The position numbers and the translations under genes are program-made. The notes beneath the pieces were generated by a model. That model worked only from the letters and a program-made list of their open reading frames with translations, did not search any database and was not told where the DNA came from. Below, one piece after another: positions 8,993-17,281 of a DNA stretch of 64,000 nucleotides. This DNA comes from Bacteroidota bacterium. Lineage in GTDB: Bacteria > Bacteroidota > Bacteroidia > Palsa-965. Within the stretch, counting starts at the first letter, position 1. Each line of letters opens with the position of its first letter. The stretch spans positions 50,830 to 114,829 of the forward strand of contig JAAFIA010000002.1 of the NCBI GenBank assembly GCA_013298545.1. The letters run 5' to 3'.

Positions 8993-11353
8993 TTAATTGA
9001 CCAATAAAATTTTTGTTATGGCCGTTTCTGTACCGTCGTCGTTGGTGATGAAAACAAGATACACACCACTTGCGGCGCGTTGTCCTTGAAAATTATTCCC
9101 ATCCCAAACGGCTTGCCCACCGAGTGCTGTTGTTTTATAAATCAACTGTCCTGTAATGTCCGTGATACGCACATCGGCATCTTTCACTAAGCCACGAATG
9201 GCAATTGGTCCGCGGTATTCGGGGCGCACTGGGTTTGGATACGCATACACATTTTCGTTTTTATCGCCACCTTCAACCGCATCGCCACGGTACGAAACCA
9301 ACCCTTTTCCTGTGCCAATAAATACTTCGCCCGATTTCTCATCAATCACAATACTCGAAACACCATCGTCAAGCATCGGACTGTTTTTAGAATCGAAATG
9401 CGCGATTTGTTTGGTGCCATCGGCAGACATTAAGAAAACGCCGCCGCCTTCTGTTCCAATCCATTTGCGGTTTGCGCCATCAACTGCAATCGCTGTAACA
9501 ACTTGACTTTCTAACAGAATTTGCGTGTTGCCATCTTGCTCAATCAAAATTTGCTGGGCATCGAACCCCGAACTATTGAAAACATTTTCGGGTGTATAAA
9601 ACACGCAGATTCCTTTGTCTGTTCCTATCCAAATTTCGCCATCGCGGTCTTCGGCCATACACACGGCCTCTGCTCCCGAAATGTGTCCTGTACCGGCAGT
9701 AAAGCCCAATTTCTTTTTCTTATCGTCGTTGAATGTGGCGAGTGTTCCTTTATCATCAAACACCAAAATTCCGCCACCACGTGGAAGGATAATCCATTTT
9801 TGTCCGGCTTCTGTGGCAATGACTTGGCTAACCGTTGTTCCAATGGGAATGTAACCGGTAAAGTCGTACGGAATCCATGTATTGTCTTTTTTGCGCACAT
9901 GAAGTGGTGTGAGCGTATGCGAGTTGGTTACCCATAAATTTCCGTCTTTGTCATAATCTAAACCACCCACGCCAACCCACGGATATTCTACTTTGGAACG
10001 CAACGAGCTGTTGGTTGTGTTGTAAATCGAATTAATCGTTGAGCCGTTGACCTCAATCAGTCCGCGCCCCCAAGAACCAATAAACGCATGGTCATTATTG
10101 TCGGGATCAATCGCAACACTAATCAAATCAAACAAGGTATCCCAAGCATTGCTGATGCGGTTGTCATAAACATTCCAGTATTGATTTTCGTACGACGATA
10201 CGCCAAATACGTTATAGATATTATTCCACGCGTCATCCTTTCCACCCGGCGTCATGAGCAAATGCCCGTCAATGATGGACATGGAATAGGCGTTGATGGA
10301 TTTTGGTCCTGTTGGGTAAATTAAGGGTGCCGGAGAAAACGAGTTCGAAACTGTTTTTCGGGCCAAGCCACTATTTTCATCGGCAATCCAGAGGCCATCT
10401 TGGTTATCGACAAATATCTGATTGCAAAATAAACCCGTATTCAACGCATCGAAATAGTTGTAATGAATGTCTTGAAGCGAAAAGCTTTGGTCGTAAGTGA
10501 TTACGCCAAACGCATTGGCCAAAAAGAGTAGCGGGCCTTTGACATAAATTCCTTTTGTAACAAGACCGCCGCCCCAACCGGGAAGAATGCTCCAGGTCTG
10601 TGCGTTGAAATCATAGGTAAAAAGAGTGTCTGAAATCGTATTGCCGTTGAAGAGAAACTTAGAAAAATTGGCAAGCAGTCGGCCACCAAACAAATCGAGT
10701 TCGCTGTACGGGCCGTTTGGCAATCCCGCGTATTTGGTCCATGTTGTGTAGTTGGCTAAAAATTGGCTGTTTTGTGGTGCGTAATAAACACCGTTGGCCG
10801 CAGCCGCGTATATGGTTGTGCCATCGGCGATGATGTCGTATATGGCCATGTTTGTGCCATTGATGCCGAGCAAATAAGTGTCTCTTACTTCGAGTGCGTC
10901 GAGGTCAATGACAACAATACCAAAACCGCAAGAAACATAAGCGAGGTTATTGATGAAGTAAACGTTGTTAACGGATTTGTCGCCGATGATTTGCGAGCGT
11001 TTAATATCGGGCAGGTTGATGATTTCTTTTCCGCGAATGATGTCGATGTTGCCGCTTTGGTAACCAACAAAAACCGTATTGAGGTAGCTGGTGTAACCTA
11101 GGCTGTTGATGCTGTGATCGGAAAGCCCTTCGATTTTGGTAATGCGTTCGACCGTATTGTCGAGCTTGTTGTATTTAAAAAGTCCGTTTGTGGTTGAGGC
11201 GTAAACAGACTGGTCGTTTCCAGTAACAAACTTGCATTGGCGGTAAGGCAAATGTACATTCCATCCGCCAAGGGGAAGGTTTTGTGCAATGAGTGCGGAC
11301 TGCGCAGCAAGGGAAAGGATAAACGTAAGGAGTAGTGGGAAAAAACGTTTCAT
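8993..11353 (-). CDS. beta-propeller (two-component-regulator propeller repeat) protein with T9SS C-terminal domain, PorZ-like
   Basis: ATG at 11353 gives the signal peptide MKRFFPLLLTFILSLAAQSALIAQ. About 780 aa of propeller-like repeats, e.g. GLWIADENSGLAR, NLWVTNSH, EIWIGTDKGICVF, KWIGTEGGGVFL. C-terminal YAYPNPVRPEY...GVYLVFITNDDG...KILLVN. The PorZ assignment is from size and architecture only. Confidence 0.6.
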   Translation of the reverse strand: MKRFFPLLLTFILSLAAQSALIAQNLPLGGWNVHLPYRQCKFVTGNDQSVYASTTNGLFKYNKLDNTVERITKIEGLSDHSINSLGYTSYLNTVFVGYQSGNIDIIRGKEIINLPDIKRSQIIGDKSVNNVYFINNLAYVSCGFGIVVIDLDALEVRDTYLLGINGTNMAIYDIIADGTTIYAAAANGVYYAPQNSQFLANYTTWTKYAGLPNGPYSELDLFGGRLLANFSKFLFNGNTISDTLFTYDFNAQTWSILPGWGGGLVTKGIYVKGPLLFLANAFGVITYDQSFSLQDIHYNYFDALNTGLFCNQIFVDNQDGLWIADENSGLARKTVSNSFSPAPLIYPTGPKSINAYSMSIIDGHLLMTPGGKDDAWNNIYNVFGVSSYENQYWNVYDNRISNAWDTLFDLISVAIDPDNNDHAFIGSWGRGLIEVNGSTINSIYNTTNSSLRSKVEYPWVGVGGLDYDKDGNLWVTNSHTLTPLHVRKKDNTWIPYDFTGYIPIGTTVSQVIATEAGQKWIILPRGGGILVFDDKGTLATFNDDKKKKLGFTAGTGHISGAEAVCMAEDRDGEIWIGTDKGICVFYTPENVFNSSGFDAQQILIEQDGNTQILLESQVVTAIAVDGANRKWIGTEGGGVFLMSADGTKQIAHFDSKNSPMLDDGVSSIVIDEKSGEVFIGTGKGLVSYRGDAVEGGDKNENVYAYPNPVRPEYRGPIAIRGLVKDADVRITDITGQLIYKTTALGGQAVWDGNNFQGQRAASGVYLVFITNDDGTETAITKILLVN

Positions 11354-11456
11354 GACGAACAAATTTAGCGAATTATAGCGAGCTATAAACTGAAATTGCG
11401 GGTGTTTATTGTGTTTGGGCAATTTTTCGACACATCTTTTCTATCTTTGCGACCTT

Positions 11457-11530
11457 GGTTCCGTAGTTCAACTGGATAGAATGACAGATTCCGGTTCTGT
11501 TGGTTGGGGGTTCGAATCCCTTCGGGACCA
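11457..11530 (+). tRNA. tRNA-Arg (anticodon CCG)
   Basis: Hand-folded cloverleaf of 74 nt. Acceptor GGTTCCG/CGGGACC, D arm GTTC-AACTGGATA-GAAT, anticodon arm ACAGA-TTCCGGT-TCTGT, T arm GGGGG-TTCGAAT-CCCTT, discriminator A. Confidence 0.9.
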
Positions 11531-11546
11531 CCCAAGCACAAGAAGA

Positions 11547-11577
11547 CTCCGTTCGCTTTTCGCGAGCGGAGTTTTTT
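11547..11577 (+). terminator. intrinsic terminator after tRNA-Arg
   Basis: CTCCGTTCGC-TTTTC-GCGAGCGGAG followed by TTTTTT. Confidence 0.6.
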
Positions 11578-11734
11578 GTTTTAGCGGCGTAGCGCCAACG
11601 TTTTTTCAACGTTTGGAGCGGAGCTGGTAAAACAAAACCGTGCCCGATTTTTCATCGGGCGGGCTTCTTGTATTTGCAGCACGGCACCAAATGGGCAAGC
11701 ATATCCCTTCGGGACCACGATTATGTTTACCACC

Positions 11735-11762
11735 GCCTCGGGAAAAACCGAGGCTTTTTTGT
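11735..11762 (+). terminator. terminator-like hairpin after the duplicated tRNA 3' fragment
   Basis: GCCTCGG-GAAAAA-CCGAGGC followed by TTTTTT. Confidence 0.5.
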
Positions 11763-11823
11763 TGGGATGTGGAGAGCGGATTCTTTTTTGTTTACTTTTG
11801 TAGCATCAACTATTGATATATCA

Positions 11824-12258
11824 ATGAAAAAAGGTGAATTAAATAATGTGGTTTTGTTTCTTTTAGATCAAACGTCTAAAGTCGCAAAACAGCATTCGCA
11901 ACGCGAGTTTGATTTATTGGAGATCGGTGTAACTGTTGAACAATGGGTGCTGTTGAAAATCATTCAACAAGCAGAAGAATTGTCGCAGGTTGAATTGGCC
12001 GAACAATCGTTTCGCGATCCGGCATCAATTACTCGAAGCCTTGATCTTTTAGAGAAAAAAGGCTTACTCAGACGCGAAGCGATTGAAGGAAATCGCCGAC
12101 AATATAACATCAAACTCACGCACGAAGGCAATTATTTTATCCTTCAAAACATGCCGCTTGTTGAGCATTTACGTGCTGTGGGCTTGCAAGGCTTCTCGAA
12201 AAAGGAAGTTGAACTATTGAAGGATTTGTTGCTGCGTATGCAAAAAAATTATTCATGA
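11824..12258 (+). CDS. MarR-family transcriptional regulator
   Basis: ATG at 11824. The 144-aa winged-HTH pattern reads VTVEQWVLLKIIQQAEELSQVELAEQSFRDPASITRSLDLLEKKGLLRRE. Confidence 0.8.
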   Translation: MKKGELNNVVLFLLDQTSKVAKQHSQREFDLLEIGVTVEQWVLLKIIQQAEELSQVELAEQSFRDPASITRSLDLLEKKGLLRREAIEGNRRQYNIKLTHEGNYFILQNMPLVEHLRAVGLQGFSKKEVELLKDLLLRMQKNYS

Positions 12259-12291
12259 GTTTCTTTTTACAAATCATCAAAACCGTTTCAC

Positions 12292-12807
12292 ATGAAAAAT
12301 AGTTTTTTAAACATGGGATTATGTTGTCTTACGCTCGCGCTAACAAATTCCAGCATGGCTCACCCTTCCGGTGAAAAAGAAGTTTTAAAAAGTGGCATGA
12401 CGGTTCGCTGGCATTACAAAAACGATCGTGTTTTTTTTGTAATGGAAGCTCCAACCTCGGGCTGGGTGGCCATTGCTTTTAATTCTGGACCTGATATGAC
12501 TGGGGCGTATTTGTTGATGGGGCGCGTTGTTGACGGGAAAGCGGAATTGGTTGAGCATTATACGAGCGCACCGGGAAATTATAACCCGATTACACTCCTT
12601 GGCGCCGATGCTCAAGTTGCCAATGTTGATGGTTCTGAAAAAGGTGAATATACCAAGGTGTCTTTTTCGCTTCCCGTAAAAGCGCTGAGTAAATATCAAC
12701 GAGATTTGAAAGAAGGGCTGGCTTACACCATGACACTTGCATATAGCCGCGAAGATGATTTTCAACATCATTCGATGATGCGTACTTGGGTGAAGGTTGT
12801 CTTGTAA
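12292..12807 (+). CDS. secreted DOMON-like domain protein
   Basis: It has a signal peptide. SGWVAIAFNSGPDMTGAYLLMGRV resembles the DOMON signature GWVAIGFS..M.G.D. 171 aa. Confidence 0.5.
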   Translation: MKNSFLNMGLCCLTLALTNSSMAHPSGEKEVLKSGMTVRWHYKNDRVFFVMEAPTSGWVAIAFNSGPDMTGAYLLMGRVVDGKAELVEHYTSAPGNYNPITLLGADAQVANVDGSEKGEYTKVSFSLPVKALSKYQRDLKEGLAYTMTLAYSREDDFQHHSMMRTWVKVVL

Positions 12808-12851
12808 TTGCGGGTGTTGTTTTTTCTCACAATGATTTATCTTTACTCGAT

Positions 12852-14156
12852 ATGCTATTATCAATGCGCTATTTTTTGCTTTTGCTCATTTCCTTTTTTG
12901 CGACACAAATTCTTGCACAGGTTTCTGAGCAAGATCTTATCTACAGCATTCCCAGTCCCCCACCCGATTACCCGCAAACGAAGTCTGGATTGTATTTTAC
13001 AAAAGACAGCAGCTATTTGAGCGTTGTCAAAAAAACGGATTTGCCGGAGGCGCGTTTTTGCAAAAAACTAAAGCGCGTGGATTTTTTGGAATGCAGAAAT
13101 CTGAATATTGAGGGTACGGTTTTGCTTTTAAAAGAAATGCCGCTGCTTGTTTCTGTGGGTTTTGTTTCGTGCAATTTACGACGCTTCCCGCAAGAAGTAA
13201 CCTCGCTTATCAATTTGCGTGCACTTGCGGTAGTTGCTGATTCTTTCGCTACCGTTCCTTCATCCATTGCGCAATTAAAGGAATTGGAGTTTTTAGACCT
13301 TGGCGATGATTTGTATGGTGGCAACGCGTTGGAATCTTTACCAAACGAAATGGGCGCATTAAAAAAGTTGCGTTATCTATATCTTTTCGGCAATAGCTTG
13401 ACGGAATTACCCGAGTCATTTACGGCCTTGCCAATAGAGGAACTCCGACTTCGATACAATTCTTTTTCTACGATTAATTCCATTTGTGTCATTGGTGCGT
13501 TGCGGGAATTGGATTTATCAGACAATCCACTTACAGAATTTTCGGCGTTGGGTGCTTTGGTTAATTTGGAAGTGCTAAAAATGAGCGGGTGCAGCATTCG
13601 GTTCATTCCTCCTTCTTTCAAATACATGCATCGGTTGAAGTCGCTTTTTCTGGGAAGAAATCCGCGTATGGACACGGATGTTTCCTTTGCCGTTTTAGCC
13701 GAACTCAAAACATTAGAGCATCTTAATTTGGACTATTCAGGCTGGCAAAGGTTGCCGGTTTCTATTGGTAGCTTCCCTGTGCTCGCCTCGCTTTCGCTCA
13801 TGCACAACCAACAACTTGACATGGCACAAACATGTCGTCTGTTAAAACCGATTAAATCGTTGCGAAGTCTCGATCTTACAGATTGTGGCATGAGATCGCT
13901 GCCAGTAGAGCTGGGACAATTGACACAATTGACGCACCTAAGGCTTGCGATGAATGAACTTCAGGGCGTTGACGAAATCTGTTCGTTGAAAAACTTAGAG
14001 CATCTGGAACTGTTTGGCAACCCCATGAATACTGCAGATAACTGCTTGCGTGATTTAAAACACTTGCAGAAAGTTAGTTTCCCTTACCGCATGCATCCGA
14101 AACAGCGTGAGAAGATAAAACGATTGCTGCCAAACGTAGAAATTTCATATATATAA
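12852..14156 (+). CDS. leucine-rich repeat (LRR) protein, secreted
   Basis: ATG at 12852 gives the leader MLLSMRYFLLLLISFFATQILAQ. Many LxxLxLxxNxL repeats follow, e.g. LKKLRYLYLFGNSLTELP, LRELDLSDNPLTEF, LTHLRLAMNELQGV. Confidence 0.8.
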   Translation: MLLSMRYFLLLLISFFATQILAQVSEQDLIYSIPSPPPDYPQTKSGLYFTKDSSYLSVVKKTDLPEARFCKKLKRVDFLECRNLNIEGTVLLLKEMPLLVSVGFVSCNLRRFPQEVTSLINLRALAVVADSFATVPSSIAQLKELEFLDLGDDLYGGNALESLPNEMGALKKLRYLYLFGNSLTELPESFTALPIEELRLRYNSFSTINSICVIGALRELDLSDNPLTEFSALGALVNLEVLKMSGCSIRFIPPSFKYMHRLKSLFLGRNPRMDTDVSFAVLAELKTLEHLNLDYSGWQRLPVSIGSFPVLASLSLMHNQQLDMAQTCRLLKPIKSLRSLDLTDCGMRSLPVELGQLTQLTHLRLAMNELQGVDEICSLKNLEHLELFGNPMNTADNCLRDLKHLQKVSFPYRMHPKQREKIKRLLPNVEISYI

Positions 14157-14192
14157 TCGCGCTTAGTATTCTTGCTGAAACACAAGATCCCT

Positions 14193-15383
14193 TTATGCTT
14201 GTTGCATTTTGTCTAGTGCTTGTTTTAAATCTTCTTCTAGCACCTGTTTATCTTCCAAGCCAATATACAAACGAACCAAATTCCAAGGCAATGGATTTGT
14301 AAAGCTGGCTGAAGCTTTCAGAGCACATAGCGGAAAACAAAGTGATTCGTGTCCGCCCCACGATGTAGCCAGCAGAAAGCGTTTCAGCGCATTGCAAAAT
14401 CGCTCCACGGCTTCTACATTTTCTGCGTTGAGTTCAATCGACAACAATCCCCCACCCTGTTTCATTTGTTTTTTCGCCAAATCGTAATCGTGATTAGTTT
14501 CTAAAAAAGGATAGTGAACCTTTTTTACAGCCGGATGTTTTTCCAAGATTTGAGCCAGGTATTGTGCTGATTCTGCCGAGCGATTTACCCGAAGCTCGAG
14601 CGTACGCATGCCGCGTATCATCAGCCAAGCATCATGCGCGCCAATAATTGCACCGAGCGTCATGTATTCTTCGGCCATCATGGCGGCAATACGCTGGCGA
14701 CTTCCGGCAACAACTCCTGCCACAACATCGCTATGTCCGTTCAAGTATTTTGTGGCAGAATGAACAACCAAATCGACCCCCATTTCAATCGGACTTTGAT
14801 TGAGTGGCGAGTTATAACTATTATCAATAATCGTGGTTATGTTTTTGCTTTTGGCAAGCGCACAAATGGCTTCAATGTCTTGCAGTTCAAACGTAAGCGA
14901 GTTTGGACTTTCTAAATAAATCAGCTTGGTGTTTGGTTGAAGCGCTTCCTCAAATGCTTGCGAACGGCCTCCATCAACAAAGCTCGATGTAACACCATAC
15001 TTCGCGAGGTATTTTCCAATCAAGGTGTTTGTCCAGGAATAAGGCTTGGCCACACAGACCAGATGGTCGCCTTGTTTTACCACACTCATAACTGCGGCGG
15101 CCACGGCGGCACTTCCGCTTGAAAACACAAGCGCATCTTCTGCACCTTCGAGTGCCGCAATTTTTTTACGGAGAATAGCAACGGTTGGATTGTAACCGCG
15201 CGTATAAAATGGTGTTTCAAGTTCTCTCGTCAACTCTTCGCGCATGGTGGCCACATTTGCAAAAGCAAAATTTGAACTGAGCATCATGGGTGGCGAAACA
15301 GCGTTGAAATAATTTTCGCGGTCTTCGCCGAGGTGGTTGAGGATGTAGGAAATGTCCATCTGGTTGTTACTTTTTGAATACAA
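14193..15383 (-). CDS. PLP-dependent trans-sulfuration enzyme (cystathionine gamma-synthase / beta-lyase / Met gamma-lyase family)
   Basis: The PLP-lysine motif SATKYLNGHSDV is present and the length and N-terminus fit the Cys/Met metabolism family. An alternative start at 15359 (MDISY...) would remove the overlap with the upstream gene. Confidence 0.85.
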   Translation of the reverse strand: MYSKSNNQMDISYILNHLGEDRENYFNAVSPPMMLSSNFAFANVATMREELTRELETPFYTRGYNPTVAILRKKIAALEGAEDALVFSSGSAAVAAAVMSVVKQGDHLVCVAKPYSWTNTLIGKYLAKYGVTSSFVDGGRSQAFEEALQPNTKLIYLESPNSLTFELQDIEAICALAKSKNITTIIDNSYNSPLNQSPIEMGVDLVVHSATKYLNGHSDVVAGVVAGSRQRIAAMMAEEYMTLGAIIGAHDAWLMIRGMRTLELRVNRSAESAQYLAQILEKHPAVKKVHYPFLETNHDYDLAKKQMKQGGGLLSIELNAENVEAVERFCNALKRFLLATSWGGHESLCFPLCALKASASFTNPLPWNLVRLYIGLEDKQVLEEDLKQALDKMQQA

Positions 15384-15744
15384 AGTAAACGGCTAAAATG
15401 AGGAAAACAAATGCAAGGGCATGATTCCACGTCAATGCGTCTTTTTTGAAAACAACCTGAAGCATGACAGCAAAAACGATCAACGAAACAACTTCTTGAA
15501 TCACTTTTAGTTCGACCATCGAGAATGGTCCGCCATTTTCTTTGAATCCGATTCTGTTTGCTGGTACTTGAAAGCAATACTCGAAAAACGCCATTCCCCA
15601 ACTAATGAGCACAACGCCAAAGAGGCCAGCCTTCTCAAACCAATTCCAATCTTTGAATTTGAGATGGCCGTACCAAGCGAGTGTCATAAACACATTGGAA
15701 ATGACGAGCAGAAAAATGGCCCAAAACCCTGACAACATTCCCAT
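15367..15744 (-). CDS. small DMT-superfamily membrane protein (DUF486-like)
   Basis: 125 aa with four hydrophobic helices; MTLAWYGHLKFKD matches the motif as I recall it for this family. Confidence 0.6.
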   Translation of the reverse strand: MGMLSGFWAIFLLVISNVFMTLAWYGHLKFKDWNWFEKAGLFGVVLISWGMAFFEYCFQVPANRIGFKENGGPFSMVELKVIQEVVSLIVFAVMLQVVFKKDALTWNHALAFVFLILAVYFVFKK

Positions 15745-15746
15745 GG

Positions 15747-16655
15747 CTAAACGAGTTGTGTTTGGGGTTTTGGGCGAATGAGGTAAATCTGGCTAGAATA
15801 CTGCTCGTTTCCAGCCGAGGCGTTTGAGCGCCAACCGTTCCAAAGTGCGAGGATCGGACGCATGCGACCCGCCTTGTATTTTTCACTGAGGAGTGAAACG
15901 TAATACGCGTCGAACACCATCGGTTTTACATGAAAAACAGACAATCCGTGTTGCGCAACGAGTGCGCGGATGTCTTGCGGGCGGAAATGCCAAAGATGGC
16001 GTGGAACGTCGTAAGCCGCCCAACAGGCGCCATAATGTTTCGCGTCTGCAGAATTTCTGTTTGGAACAGCAATCACAATTAAACCATTGGGCTTAAGCAA
16101 ACGGCGCAGTTGCGCGATGCGTTCTTGGAGAGCAGGAACATGTTCGAGCACATGCCACATGGTAATCACATCGAACGAGGCGGCGGGAAGCGTGTCGATG
16201 GCCGACTCTTCTTTTACCTCCACGCCATGCTCGCTGATGGCGATTTTGCGGGCCGAATCGCTTGGCTCAATGCCCAAAACATTCCAGCCGGCATTTTTAC
16301 ACGCGCCGAGAAAAGATCCTGTTCCGCAACCAATATCCAAGAGGCGACGAGCATCCGATTTGTTTTCTTTTTCAACGAGGCTCAATTTGGCGGCGATGGC
16401 ACGACCGCGAACGATCTGATAAACCCGATTCAAAAGCCCCTTGCTGGAATTTGTGTGAGAAATGTATTCTGGCGAATCGTAATAGCGTCCCAATTCTGAA
16501 AGTTGGGGGCGCGGGTTCGTGAGCCAAAACCCACACGAAGTGCATTCTGTTATTGCAAAAGACTCGCCGGTTGCTGTCCAGTCTTTACACGTCATTTTCT
16601 TTTGAAGATTGCTCGACTGGCAAATGGGGCAATTGTCTATTTTCTCGTAATTCAT
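15747..16655 (-). CDS. class I SAM-dependent methyltransferase with N-terminal Zn-ribbon
   Basis: The SAM motif I is LLDIGCGTGSFL. CPICQS...CTSCGF forms a four-cysteine ribbon at the N-terminus. Confidence 0.8.
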   Translation of the reverse strand: MNYEKIDNCPICQSSNLQKKMTCKDWTATGESFAITECTSCGFWLTNPRPQLSELGRYYDSPEYISHTNSSKGLLNRVYQIVRGRAIAAKLSLVEKENKSDARRLLDIGCGTGSFLGACKNAGWNVLGIEPSDSARKIAISEHGVEVKEESAIDTLPAASFDVITMWHVLEHVPALQERIAQLRRLLKPNGLIVIAVPNRNSADAKHYGACWAAYDVPRHLWHFRPQDIRALVAQHGLSVFHVKPMVFDAYYVSLLSEKYKAGRMRPILALWNGWRSNASAGNEQYSSQIYLIRPKPQTQLV

Positions 16656-16743
16656 ATTTTTAGTAGTTGTATAAATTGCTGATTTTCTTTGTTTTAATAA
16701 TATTATTGTTGTTTTTGTTTTTTTGTCTTTGTTTTAACTTTAT

Positions 16744-16757
16744 GTTCCACGTGGAAC
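16744..16757. promoter_or_regulatory. inverted-repeat motif (TGTTYCA-N2-TGRAACA family), function unknown
   Basis: GTTCCA-CG-TGGAAC is a perfect 14-nt palindrome inside the ORF-free AT-rich spacer. Confidence 0.5.
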
Positions 16758-16901
16758 TTTTGTTTTTATAGCGATTTTGTTTGTATAAAATCTATTTTTT
16801 TGTTTGTTAATACATTGACTGTCAAAAATATAAAATAATTCTTATATGTGTTGTTATGTCCTATTTGTTTTATTAACCGTTTACTCGAAGTTATTAACGT
16901 C

Positions 16902-16917
16902 TGTTCCATGTGGAACA
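16902..16917. promoter_or_regulatory. inverted-repeat motif (same family)
   Basis: TGTTCCA-TG-TGGAACA has perfect 7-nt arms. Confidence 0.5.
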
Positions 16918-17192
16918 ATGATTAAATTCATTCTTCATGCATTCTGTTCGAAATCGCCTTGTTTGGAGTTGGTGTAAAAAGAGGAGATTTGCTCCATTGA
17001 TGTTGGGTGGTTTTTGTAAAACATTGGCTCTTTCGCAAGAGCGCTTTTCTTTTGAAAAAGCTTTCTCGGAAATCTGCTGAAGGAAAAATCATACTGGATT
17101 GCGTCATTTTAAAAAATTAGACATTGCTCAGATTGGCGTGAAAAGTTGTTTTGAGTCAAAATCGTTATTTGAAAAACCCGTTTCGGACTTGT

Positions 17193-17206
17193 GTTTTATG
17201 TGAAAC
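17193..17206. promoter_or_regulatory. degenerate copy of the inverted-repeat motif
   Basis: GTTTTA-TG-TGAAAC has one arm mismatch. Confidence 0.3.
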
Positions 17207-17216
17207 TTTTGGGGCA

Positions 17217-17251
17217 TAAAAAAGCCCAAATCCAGTTTCCTGAATTCGGGC
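17217..17251 (-). terminator. intrinsic terminator of mnmG
   Basis: On the minus strand, GCCCGAAT...ATTTGGGC (7/8 bp) is followed by TTTTTTAT, about 30 nt after the mnmG stop. Confidence 0.5.
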
Positions 17252-17281
17252 TTGCAAATTAATGGTTGTTTAACGTTTCGT

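Noticed and set aside
12385-12864. 159-aa minus-strand ORF
   Set aside because: It is antisense to the DOMON-like gene, which has a signal peptide and a family-like motif. The antisense ORF has no independent support.
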